Below the pieces are notes generated by a model. It was not told the DNA's origin and searched no databases. It saw only the letters and a list, made by a program, of their open reading frames with translations. From the NCBI GenBank assembly GCA_964447735.1, contig CAYUTJ010000005.1:1-29751 (forward strand): DNA of 29,751 nucleotides, written 5' to 3'. A program made the position numbers and the translations under genes. Positions 1-7,181 of this stretch are shown one piece after another. The first letter of the stretch is position 1, and each line of letters begins with the position of its first letter. Source of the DNA: an uncultured Candidatus Saccharibacteria bacterium. GTDB lineage: Bacteria > Patescibacteriota > Minisyncoccia > Minisyncoccales > GBS-2.

Positions 1-50
1 CCTTCACAAGAAGTCAAAGAAAAAAACGCCACCTTTGGTTTTCTCTTCAT
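1..50 (-). CDS. 5' fragment of a probable group 3 (3b/sulfhydrogenase delta or HoxY-like) [NiFe]-hydrogenase small subunit; runs off the window edge
   Basis: Not in the ORF track. ATG at 50 reads MKRKPKVAFFSLTSCEG, matching the K-P-K-V-A-x-F-x-x-x-S-C-x-G-C start of group 3 small subunits (Oxidored_q6 fold). It begins 10 nt after the stop of 61..783. Only 17 codons are visible. Confidence 0.6.
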   Translation of the reverse strand, partial: MKRKPKVAFFSLTSCE

Positions 51-60
51 TTTTTTAATT

Positions 61-783
61 CTATAAAATCTCCCAAAATAAAAAAAGAGGGGGAATCCCC
101 TGAAAGAAAGTTAAGGCTTCTTTTGTGATTTTTAGAAGGTTCTGAAAAGTTTTTTTTGAAATTTTTTCTCTTGCTCTTGAAAGATGAATGGTAACTAAAT
201 GTTCTTTCTTTGGGTCTTTTAAAAATCCTTGATCTACTTTGGAAATTACTTCTCTAAGGACAACTTTTTTCTCTTCCAAATTAAGTTTAAAGGTTTTCAC
301 AAAGAGGATGTTTTTCTCAATCTTTATAATCTCTCCGGGTCTAATTAAGCACTTTGTAATTTCTTGCAAAATTTTCTCTGTTAGAAATTGATTCTTTTTT
401 ATTAACCAAAGGGTTTCGAAGTTATGGTGAGGTTTTCCGTTAATCAATTCCAATAATTTTAATGCTGTTATTTTCTTGTGTGTTATTTCCTTTTTCAGTA
501 AAGTGAATGTTTTTATTTCTTCTTTAGTAACTCTCTTTAAGAATTCATTTCCTAACCAGTAAGCTCTGACTACTCTTTCATTGAAAGGGTCTGAAATTTT
601 GTTTTGATGAGCAATGAATTGATAAAAAAAGAAAGGTTCGAGTTTAATTAAAATCTCTCTTGCTTTTGGCGCTTTCTCAAATTGAGGCTCTTTGGCAAAC
701 TCCAAAATTGTCTTTTTTTCTTTTGCTTTTTTCAATTCTGGACAAGAAAAACTATACAAACAAGCAATTCTTAAACCTTCCAA
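61..783 (-). CDS. DUF6390-family protein (divergent)
   Basis: DPFNERVVRAYWLGNEFL, PHHNF, a C-x-I-R-x-G segment and a C-terminal LVTIH resemble DUF6390 as I recall it. The TTG start is supported by SD GAGGTG 7 nt upstream and an in-frame TGA just beyond. Confidence 0.65.
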   Translation of the reverse strand: MEGLRIACLYSFSCPELKKAKEKKTILEFAKEPQFEKAPKAREILIKLEPFFFYQFIAHQNKISDPFNERVVRAYWLGNEFLKRVTKEEIKTFTLLKKEITHKKITALKLLELINGKPHHNFETLWLIKKNQFLTEKILQEITKCLIRPGEIIKIEKNILFVKTFKLNLEEKKVVLREVISKVDQGFLKDPKKEHLVTIHLSRAREKISKKTFQNLLKITKEALTFFQGIPPLFLFWEIL

Positions 784-790
784 AATCTTT

Positions 791-796
791 CACCTC
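791..796 (-). promoter_or_regulatory. Shine-Dalgarno GAGGTG for the TTG start at 783
   Basis: Plus-strand cacctc at 791-796, with a 7-nt spacer to TTG. Confidence 0.7.
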
Positions 797-810
797 AGGA
801 ACCAAAAGTA

Positions 811-838
811 ATTTTATTAAAGAGTATCTTTTTGTCAA
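811..838 (-). promoter_or_regulatory. sigma70-type promoter TTGACA-N16-TAAAAT for the DUF6390/hydrogenase unit
   Basis: -35 TTGACA at 838-833 (overlaps the TGA of the upstream gene) and -10 TAAAAT at 816-811. Confidence 0.6.
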
Positions 839-1326
839 ATTGAGTATTTATAACCTAATTTTCTTACAATTTCTTTTCTCCATTTTATTCCCTTTTCATC
901 TTCCATTCCTCTTGTCTTTTGACCATCAATCACCCCCAAAATTCCTCTTGATCCATCTTCAGCTTCAGCTATAATCACTTTTACAGGATTTCCAGTAGCA
1001 CAAAAGATTGTGCAAACTTCAGGAACTTGTTTTATTGCATTCAAAACATTAATTGGGAAAGCTCCTTTAATTAAAATCAAAAAGCAATGGCCAGCTCCAA
1101 TTTCAAAGGCTTTTTCTCTTGCCATCTTTCTTAATTCCTCATCGTTTCCTTCATATCTCACTAAACATTCTCCTGAAGATTCTACAAAACCTAAACCAAA
1201 TTTTATTTGAGGAACAGAATTCAAAAGAGATTCTGAAATATCTTCGACTGTCTTTATGAAATGGGATTGTCCTAAAATTAAATTAACATCTTTTGGAACT
1301 TTAATCTCTACAATTTTTATTTCCAT
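835..1326 (-). CDS. adenosine-specific kinase family protein (PAE2307/DUF355-like; function predicted)
   Basis: NLILGQSHFIKTVED, FGLGFVESSG, GAGHCFLI, FPINVLNAIK, IFCATGNP, RGILGVIDG and a C-terminal GYK. Confidence 0.9.
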   Translation of the reverse strand: MEIKIVEIKVPKDVNLILGQSHFIKTVEDISESLLNSVPQIKFGLGFVESSGECLVRYEGNDEELRKMAREKAFEIGAGHCFLILIKGAFPINVLNAIKQVPEVCTIFCATGNPVKVIIAEAEDGSRGILGVIDGQKTRGMEDEKGIKWRKEIVRKLGYKYSI

Positions 1327-1343
1327 AATCTTTTAAAAATTTT

Positions 1344-1365
1344 GACCTTTCATTTTTTAATTATA
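1344..1365 (-). promoter_or_regulatory. -10 TATAAT followed by AAAGGTC leader motif
   Basis: TATAAT at 1365-1360, then 9 nt, AAAGGTC at 1350-1344, then 17 nt to ATG 1326. No convincing -35. Confidence 0.45.
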
Positions 1366-1367
1366 AT

Positions 1368-1393
1368 AAAAGCCCCCACAAGGAAAGAGGGCT
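1368..1393 (-). terminator. probable intrinsic terminator after 1408..1671
   Basis: Minus strand AGCCCTC-tttccttgt-GGGGGCT (7-bp stem with one G-U pair) followed by TTTATT. Confidence 0.55.
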
Positions 1394-1407
1394 ATTTTGT
1401 TTTCAGC

Positions 1408-1671
1408 TTAAAGAGAATTTAAATCTTGATCTATTTCTTTAAATTCTTGATCTAAATTTCCAATATCTATACTCTCTATTTCCTTAAAAATGGTATCTGT
1501 CGAATCTTCCTTTCCAGGTCCTTTAGTTCTAGTTATCTCTTCTGAGACAGGAAGTGAAGAAGGTGTTGTTTTCTTGCTTTGCCAGTAAATCAAACCACCA
1601 ACAATTGAAACCAAAAGGATAATTACCACCAAAGCTATAACATTTGTTTTTGTTTGTGTTTTTTGCTCCAT
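1408..1671 (-). CDS. small single-TM hypothetical protein
   Basis: Hydrophobic stretch VIALVVIILLVSIVGGLIYW and an acidic C-terminus ESIDIGNLDQEFKEIDQDLNSL; 5 nt from the upstream gene. Confidence 0.75.
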   Translation of the reverse strand: MEQKTQTKTNVIALVVIILLVSIVGGLIYWQSKKTTPSSLPVSEEITRTKGPGKEDSTDTIFKEIESIDIGNLDQEFKEIDQDLNSL

Positions 1672-1676
1672 GTTTT

Positions 1677-2441
1677 TTATTCAATAGTTTGAGTGGGGGT
1701 GGCTTGTTGAGTTGTCGTTGTTGTTTGTTCTGTTGTTATCGGAACTTCGTATTCATTCACTCTCGGAATCTGAGCTAAAGCAACGGCTGCTTTGTGAACT
1801 AAATCCCTTGCCTTTTTAACTAATTTCTCAACTGCTTTCAAATCATCATGAAGAGCTTTTCTCAACTTCCCAACATCGGTTCTTAAATTCTCTTCTGTAG
1901 TAATTTGAGGAGGTTCGTAGACTTTTTCAGCTTGTTTTTCTACAGCCTCTTTTGCTTTCTCTATTGCCAAACGAGCTTCGTTAATTGCTGATTCTACTTG
2001 GCTAACATCTTTTCCGTGTAGTTTGGCTTTTGCAGTTCTACTTTCAATCTTTTCTAAAATCAATTCTAGACGATCTAAAACGTTTAAATAGTGATTGGTC
2101 ATTCTTTCATTTAAAGCATTCACCCTTTCATAAATTCTTTCAACAATCTTTTGTTTTGTTTGACTTATCCTCTCTTTCATTCTTTCTCTCAATTGTTGCT
2201 TGAAATCTTCAATCTTTGATTTTATTTTTTCTCTTCTTTCTTTAATTTTGTTTCTCAATTCAATCTGCTTTTGCAAAATTAAATTTTTAAATTCTTCTCT
2301 TTTTTTCCTGAATTCTTCAACTGAAATTTGCCTTTTCTCTCTAATTCTTTCCAAAATTGTATTTCTCCAAGGAGGAGCAGCTACAATTTGAGAGGTCAAA
2401 ACTAAGCTTAAAATCAAACCGACAATTATTTTCTTTCTCAT
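1677..2441 (-). CDS. secreted coiled-coil hypothetical protein with Thr-rich tail
   Basis: Signal peptide MRKKIIVGLILSLVLTSQIVAA, a long E/K/R heptad-rich helix and a TTEQTTTTTQQATPT tail. Confidence 0.8.
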   Translation of the reverse strand: MRKKIIVGLILSLVLTSQIVAAPPWRNTILERIREKRQISVEEFRKKREEFKNLILQKQIELRNKIKERREKIKSKIEDFKQQLRERMKERISQTKQKIVERIYERVNALNERMTNHYLNVLDRLELILEKIESRTAKAKLHGKDVSQVESAINEARLAIEKAKEAVEKQAEKVYEPPQITTEENLRTDVGKLRKALHDDLKAVEKLVKKARDLVHKAAVALAQIPRVNEYEVPITTEQTTTTTQQATPTQTIE

Positions 2442-2460
2442 ATTTCAAAAAAATATTTTT

Positions 2461-2470
2461 CGACCTTTAT
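2461..2470 (-). promoter_or_regulatory. ATAAAGGTCG leader motif
   Basis: AAAGGTC at 2468-2462, 20 nt before ATG 2441. Confidence 0.45.
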
Positions 2471-2476
2471 AATATT

Positions 2477-3319
2477 TTATCTTAACAAAACTATTGCTCC
2501 GTAACCAACAACCTGAATTTTTTCTCCATAGATTGTGTCTCCTGAATTTTGATATTTCAAGAGTTTGGCTTTTCCTTTCAAATTTTTCGAAATTTCCAAA
2601 ATTGTCTTTATTGAATCTTGAGCACAAGCTAGAGTATCGACTTGAAAGAATTTTTCTTTTAATTTTTCGATTTTTTCTTTGAAGATTTTTGGATCTGAAC
2701 TCAAAATGGCATCGATGGTTTCAGAATCTACTTTTTTTGCAATCTCATAAGGTGGATAATGAGATAAATCAGAAGAAACAACTATTAAAATTTTCTTTTC
2801 TCTCATCAATTTTAAAATCGAATTTGCCAAATTTTTCCAATCTTTGTCTTCAGAGCCAAAAATTATTGGTAAAATCTTAAACTCTTTCAAAACTTTTTGT
2901 AAAAAGGGCAATTGAACTTCTAAGGAATGTTCAAAAAGATGGGCAGAATCTCTGATAAAAAATCTTTTTGATTCTTTCAAAAGTTTTTCAGCTAGTTTTT
3001 CATCAATTTTTACTTTTCCTAAAGGAGTTTCCCAAAAGCCTCTTTCCCAAACAGACACTCCATCAAACCTTTCATAATGGGAATCTCCGATTAAAACTAC
3101 GCTCTCAAAATTTTTATTTTCGATTGCTTTGTAACAATGAGCGGCAACAAAGCCTGAAAAAATGTATCCTGCATGAGGAGCTATTATTCCAAAAATTTCT
3201 TCTTTGATTTTTGGAATTTTTGCTTCTTTCAAAAAATTCTCAATCATTCCTTCCAAATTATTCTTTTCTGCAGGATAGAATTGGCCAGCGACAGCTGGAA
3301 ACCTGATTTTTTCTTCCAT
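2477..3319 (-). CDS. amrB: AmmeMemoRadiSam system protein B (MEMO1 family)
   Basis: RFPAVAGQFYP, IAPHAGYIFSG, EHSLEVQLPFLQ, SSDLSHY, YQNSGD and VVGYGA. Confidence 0.92.
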   Translation of the reverse strand: MEEKIRFPAVAGQFYPAEKNNLEGMIENFLKEAKIPKIKEEIFGIIAPHAGYIFSGFVAAHCYKAIENKNFESVVLIGDSHYERFDGVSVWERGFWETPLGKVKIDEKLAEKLLKESKRFFIRDSAHLFEHSLEVQLPFLQKVLKEFKILPIIFGSEDKDWKNLANSILKLMREKKILIVVSSDLSHYPPYEIAKKVDSETIDAILSSDPKIFKEKIEKLKEKFFQVDTLACAQDSIKTILEISKNLKGKAKLLKYQNSGDTIYGEKIQVVGYGAIVLLR

Positions 3320-3320
3320 T

Positions 3321-3857
3321 TTACTCTATGCAACAATCAATTATTTTTTTCACTATTTCACCAAGTTTTGCCAGAAATCCGGTTTTCTTTTTATCATGAA
3401 CATTTAATTGGTTCTCTTCAATCTTTTTCACTTTTCCAATATCTATTAATTTTAAATTTATTCCCCAAAACAAAGACCAAAGTTGATAAGCTTTTGAAAA
3501 AAGATCATGTGCTTTTTCTTTTTTTCCTTGTGAATAATACTTTGTTCCAACCTCTATCAATCTCATTGAAGCAGCTAAAAGATGTTTTGAAATACACCAT
3601 TTCTCAGAACCTGGTTCGACATCCTTTACTAATTTTGCCAAAAGTTCTTTCCTCATTTTCCTTGTCTCATTCAATAAATCAAAATATTTTTCACTTCCTG
3701 TCTTTGCACCTGAAAAGAAAAAATGCTCTTCGATTGAAACTAAATTCATTATCGCTATTGATAAATCCTCATCAGAAGACAAATCTAACTTTCCTTTTTT
3801 TGACTTCTCAATTTTCTCGATTAGGTTTTGAATTTTTTCTTCCAATTTTTCTGCCAT
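3321..3857 (-). CDS. conserved-looking hypothetical helical protein ending in a vicinal Cys pair (DCCIE)
   Basis: DEDLSIAIMNLVSIEEHFFF, EKWCISKHLLAASMRLIEVG and C-terminal IIDCCIE. It sits in operon context (gaps of 1-3 nt). Confidence 0.8.
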   Translation of the reverse strand: MAEKLEEKIQNLIEKIEKSKKGKLDLSSDEDLSIAIMNLVSIEEHFFFSGAKTGSEKYFDLLNETRKMRKELLAKLVKDVEPGSEKWCISKHLLAASMRLIEVGTKYYSQGKKEKAHDLFSKAYQLWSLFWGINLKLIDIGKVKKIEENQLNVHDKKKTGFLAKLGEIVKKIIDCCIE

Positions 3858-3860
3858 AAT

Positions 3861-4394
3861 TTAACAAACTTTTAAGAAAATCAAACTTAATAATACCAAA
3901 ATAAAAAGAGGAATAACAACCTTTTGAAATTTGAAATAAACTTTTCCCTGATTTCTCTTTCTTAAATAAAAATCTAAAAAATAACCCATTAAAAGACCGA
4001 TAGATCCTGAAAATATCCCAAAAATTAATTTATCAATTCCTAAAAATTTGTTCTGAGGATGTCCCAAAATTCCTAACCAGTAAAATGGTAAAATTGCTAT
4101 CCCATACCAGAAAATAAATATCAAAGGCTTTCTTCCAAAAAACTTGATTTTTCTTTTATCTAATTCATCAATCGTCCAGATCACTAAAGAAATTAAAAAA
4201 CCTCCAATCCAAGTTCCAGAAATTAAATCATCGATACCGAGATATCTACATAATCCAACCCCGCTAGCAACTGCAACTGTACAAACCGGACAAAAAGCAA
4301 AAATAGAGAAAGGTAAAGAAAGTGTAATAAAAAAAATTTTCCCTATCATGAAAATCTTTTTAATCTTAACAAATTCTTTATTTTTTGAAAACAA
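3861..4394 (-). CDS. multi-TM hypothetical membrane protein with CPVC motif; true start may be ATG 4349
   Basis: FAFCPVCTVAV, LGIDDLISGTWIGG and about 4 hydrophobic segments. Confidence 0.8.
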   Translation of the reverse strand: MFSKNKEFVKIKKIFMIGKIFFITLSLPFSIFAFCPVCTVAVASGVGLCRYLGIDDLISGTWIGGFLISLVIWTIDELDKRKIKFFGRKPLIFIFWYGIAILPFYWLGILGHPQNKFLGIDKLIFGIFSGSIGLLMGYFLDFYLRKRNQGKVYFKFQKVVIPLFILVLLSLIFLKVC

Positions 4395-5139
4395 GAGAAA
4401 CTAAAAATATAAAAAAGTTAGCCAAAATGATTGTAGGACCTGCAGAGATATTAAAAATTTTGTAAAAGAAAATGCCAAAAAGAGAACTTAAAATACCAAA
4501 AAGGATTCCATAAAAAGAATACCAAAATAAATTCTTACTCAAATTTCTAGCAGAAGCTGCTGGAATTGCTACTAAAGCTGCTGTCAATAACCCCCCAACA
4601 ACTTTCACTCCTAAAGCAACAATAATGGCAATACAAAGCAAATATAAAAAATTATATTTTTTGACATCAATTTTTTCTGATTTTGCTAAATCCTCAGAAA
4701 TTGAAATTAAAACCATTTTTTTGTAAATAGATTTTGTCAACAAAAAAACAAAAAGACATAACAAAAAAGTAATTAAAGTATCTAGAAATTTCACTTTGGA
4801 AATATCCCCAATTAAAGCTTCTTCTGCTTTTTCAATCGGCAAAAATAAAAGAGAGATTGAAACACCGGTGGCAAAAACAATCGCAGTTAAAGCTTCCAAA
4901 GGTAACTTTGTTTTTCTTTCAAAAAGCCAAATTAAAAAAATTCCCAAAATGACAAAAGGAAAAGCTCCCAAAGAAACATCAAATCCAAAAATTAAAGCTA
5001 AAGTTATTCCTGGTAAAGTTAAATGTCCCAAAGGACCTGCAACCAAGGACATTCTTTTAGATAACATTAAAGTTCCCAAATAACCTGCTGTCGCCCCAAT
5101 AGAAACTCCACAAATTAAACTTAATAAAATTTGCTCCAT
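4378..5139 (-). CDS. metal ABC transporter permease (ZnuB/MntB, ABC-3 family)
   Basis: RMSLVAGPLGHLTLPG, SEDLAKSEKI (EAA-like loop), VGGLLTAALVAIPA, SAGPTIIL and multiple TM segments. Confidence 0.9.
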   Translation of the reverse strand: MEQILLSLICGVSIGATAGYLGTLMLSKRMSLVAGPLGHLTLPGITLALIFGFDVSLGAFPFVILGIFLIWLFERKTKLPLEALTAIVFATGVSISLLFLPIEKAEEALIGDISKVKFLDTLITFLLCLFVFLLTKSIYKKMVLISISEDLAKSEKIDVKKYNFLYLLCIAIIVALGVKVVGGLLTAALVAIPAASARNLSKNLFWYSFYGILFGILSSLFGIFFYKIFNISAGPTIILANFFIFLVSLVFKK

Positions 5140-5140
5140 A

Positions 5141-5833
5141 TTAGTGTTGGTGATAATGTTGATAAAACCTCAATTCTTGACCGTAAAGTTTTTGTAAATT
5201 TTCCAAAGTTAAAATTTCCTTTGGGCTTCCTTGACAAATTGGACATTTATTCAAACAAATTACATAGTTTGAAAATTTAAAGACAACGCTTAAATCATGA
5301 GTTACCAACAAAATGGTCAAATTTTTTTCTTTTTTTAATCTTTCCAAAAGTTTATAAATTGATTCTTGACCTGAAATGTCAATTCCTGACATTGGTTCAT
5401 CGAAAAGCAAAACTTCTGGATTTTTCAAAAGGGCAAAACCTACCAAAATTCTTTGGAATTGACCAGAAGATAAATTAGCAATTTTTTTATTTAAAAAATC
5501 ATCTGAAAATCCAATTGAATTCAAAATCTTTTTTATTTCTTTTTCTCTTTCTTCTTTCAATTTAAAAAACTCTTTAACTGACATTGGAAGAGTTTTTATA
5601 AAGGGTAATCTTTGAGGAACATAACCTACTTTTATTCCCTCTTTCCATTTAATTTCTCCTCTATAGGGAAGAATTCCCAAAAGAGTTTTTAACAAAACTG
5701 TTTTCCCTGCTCCGTTGGGTCCCAAAATTGTAATTGTGTCTCCTTCTTTAACTTTAAAAGATAAATTACAAATAATCTTTTCTCTGTCTAATTCAACAGT
5801 TAAGTTTTTAACTTCTAAAATTGTATCTTTCAT
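5141..5833 (-). CDS. metal ABC transporter ATP-binding protein (ZnuC/MntA-like)
   Basis: Walker A GPNGAGKT, GYVPQ, signature LSSGQ, Walker B LLFDEP, THDL and a His-rich end YQHYHQH. Confidence 0.92.
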   Translation of the reverse strand: MKDTILEVKNLTVELDREKIICNLSFKVKEGDTITILGPNGAGKTVLLKTLLGILPYRGEIKWKEGIKVGYVPQRLPFIKTLPMSVKEFFKLKEEREKEIKKILNSIGFSDDFLNKKIANLSSGQFQRILVGFALLKNPEVLLFDEPMSGIDISGQESIYKLLERLKKEKNLTILLVTHDLSVVFKFSNYVICLNKCPICQGSPKEILTLENLQKLYGQELRFYQHYHQH

Positions 5834-6105
5834 TTTTTTATTTTGATTGCTTTTCCCTCAATTAAAGCTTCAGCTACTTTTTTTCTCGCTGAATTCAAAA
5901 TTCTTTGAAGGGTGCTTTGCGAAATTCCCATTTTCTTTGCAGCACTAATTTGATTTAATCCTTTAAAATCACAAAGTCTCAGGGTTTCCAATTCATCTAC
6001 TGTTAATTCTATTTCCTCTAACATCGACAAAGGAATAGCTCTTGGTTTAAAATAAACAGCTTTGGGATCAAAATAGATTCTTCTTGGTTTTCTTGGTCTT
6101 GCCAT
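5830..6105 (-). CDS. DUF134 (UPF0251) predicted HTH DNA-binding protein
   Basis: MARPRKPRRI, YFKP, DELETLRLCD, AAKKMGISQSTLQRILNSARKKVAEALIEGKAI. Confidence 0.92.
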   Translation of the reverse strand: MARPRKPRRIYFDPKAVYFKPRAIPLSMLEEIELTVDELETLRLCDFKGLNQISAAKKMGISQSTLQRILNSARKKVAEALIEGKAIKIKK

Positions 6106-6107
6106 TT

Positions 6108-7181
6108 TTATTCTCTTCTCAAATGAATTTTACAATTAGGACAAATTAAAGTAGCACAAGGAACACCAGGTTGATGGATTATTTTATAGCCACATTTTGG
6201 ACAAACACAAAAGCCCCCAGGACCTAAACCTCGAGCTCCTCTAAATCTCCCTCTAAATCTCCCTCTTCTTCTCCAACCAAATCCTCTACCATAAATTGGC
6301 ATTCCAAAAACAGGAGCTGGACGATAAAAACTAGTTGTTGTTTCGTGACTTTTAATTTGAATTGCCACATAAACTAAATTGTCAATTTCTTTCATCAGTC
6401 TTTCTCTTAAATTTTCTGAGATTTTCGTTGCTTGATCTACATTCAAATTTTGGGGCAATTTTATTTCTAAATTAGCAGTGATTGCTGAGCCTTTCTTTTG
6501 AGTTTTCAAATTTGAAATTTCAACTCCTTGATTCTTTGCAATTTCTTTAATTTTATTTTCTATCTCAGGAGGAGCTGAAACATCAAGCAAAGAATCAACA
6601 GCTTCTTTTCCAATTGAAAAAGATTCTTTAATAATATAGAGACCAACCAAAAATGCTAAAATTGAATCTGTAAAAACCCAGAATTTATTCAAAATCAATC
6701 CCAAAAAAATTACCAAAGATGACAAAACATCGACTCTTGAATGAACCCCATCTGAAATTAAAGCAACTGAATTTTCCTTTTTACCAAAATGAATTTTCAA
6801 TCTTGACATTACTTCATTTAAAATTGCAGAAAATCCCATAATAGAGAGAGCTAAAATCGGAAGTTGAATTGGAGAGGGATTTTTAAATTTTTTCCACGAT
6901 TCATAAAGTATTAAAATTCCAGTTGTCAATAAAATTAAAGTGATGAAAAGTCCAGCTAAAACTTCAAATTTAAAATGACCGTAAGGATGCCTCTTGTCTG
7001 CTGGTTTTTTCGAAATTTTAATACCAACAAAAGAAATCAAAGAAGAAAAAATATCTCCTAAGGAATGAAAACCTTCTGCTAAAACAGCGGTTGATTTTGA
7101 AAAAATCCCCCCAAGAATTTTTGTTATTGCCAAGATAACATTTGCCAAAACTGAAATTAAAGCTACTTTTTCTTTATCCAT
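6108..7181 (-). CDS. cation diffusion facilitator (CDF) fused to a Gly/Arg-rich linker and a Cys-rich Zn-ribbon-like tail
   Basis: TM2 HSLGD, TM5 HSRVD, PADKRHPYGH, cytosolic dimerisation domain ending IQIK, then GRGFGWRRRGRFRG and GPGGFCVCPKCG..H..GVPC...CPNC. Confidence 0.9.
   Translation of the reverse strand: MDKEKVALISVLANVILAITKILGGIFSKSTAVLAEGFHSLGDIFSSLISFVGIKISKKPADKRHPYGHFKFEVLAGLFITLILLTTGILILYESWKKFKNPSPIQLPILALSIMGFSAILNEVMSRLKIHFGKKENSVALISDGVHSRVDVLSSLVIFLGLILNKFWVFTDSILAFLVGLYIIKESFSIGKEAVDSLLDVSAPPEIENKIKEIAKNQGVEISNLKTQKKGSAITANLEIKLPQNLNVDQATKISENLRERLMKEIDNLVYVAIQIKSHETTTSFYRPAPVFGMPIYGRGFGWRRRGRFRGRFRGARGLGPGGFCVCPKCGYKIIHQPGVPCATLICPNCKIHLRRE
6238..6266. repeat. 12-bp tandem duplication (cctctaaatctc x2 plus 5 nt) encoding RGRFRGRFRG
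   Basis: Direct reading of the sequence. Confidence 0.8.

Noticed and set aside
784-834. In-frame TGA 7-9 nt upstream of the DUF6390 TTG; possible recoded UGA (genetic code 25) or selenocysteine
   Set aside because: TGA ends intact conserved genes at 835, 5830, 8040, 25426 and 27844, and an SD sits correctly for the TTG start. The standard code fits.
6495-6522. Weak period-7 pattern in the CDF C-terminal domain
   Set aside because: The units are degenerate and the peptide (EISNLKTQK) fits the normal CDF fold without an insertion; it may be chance.
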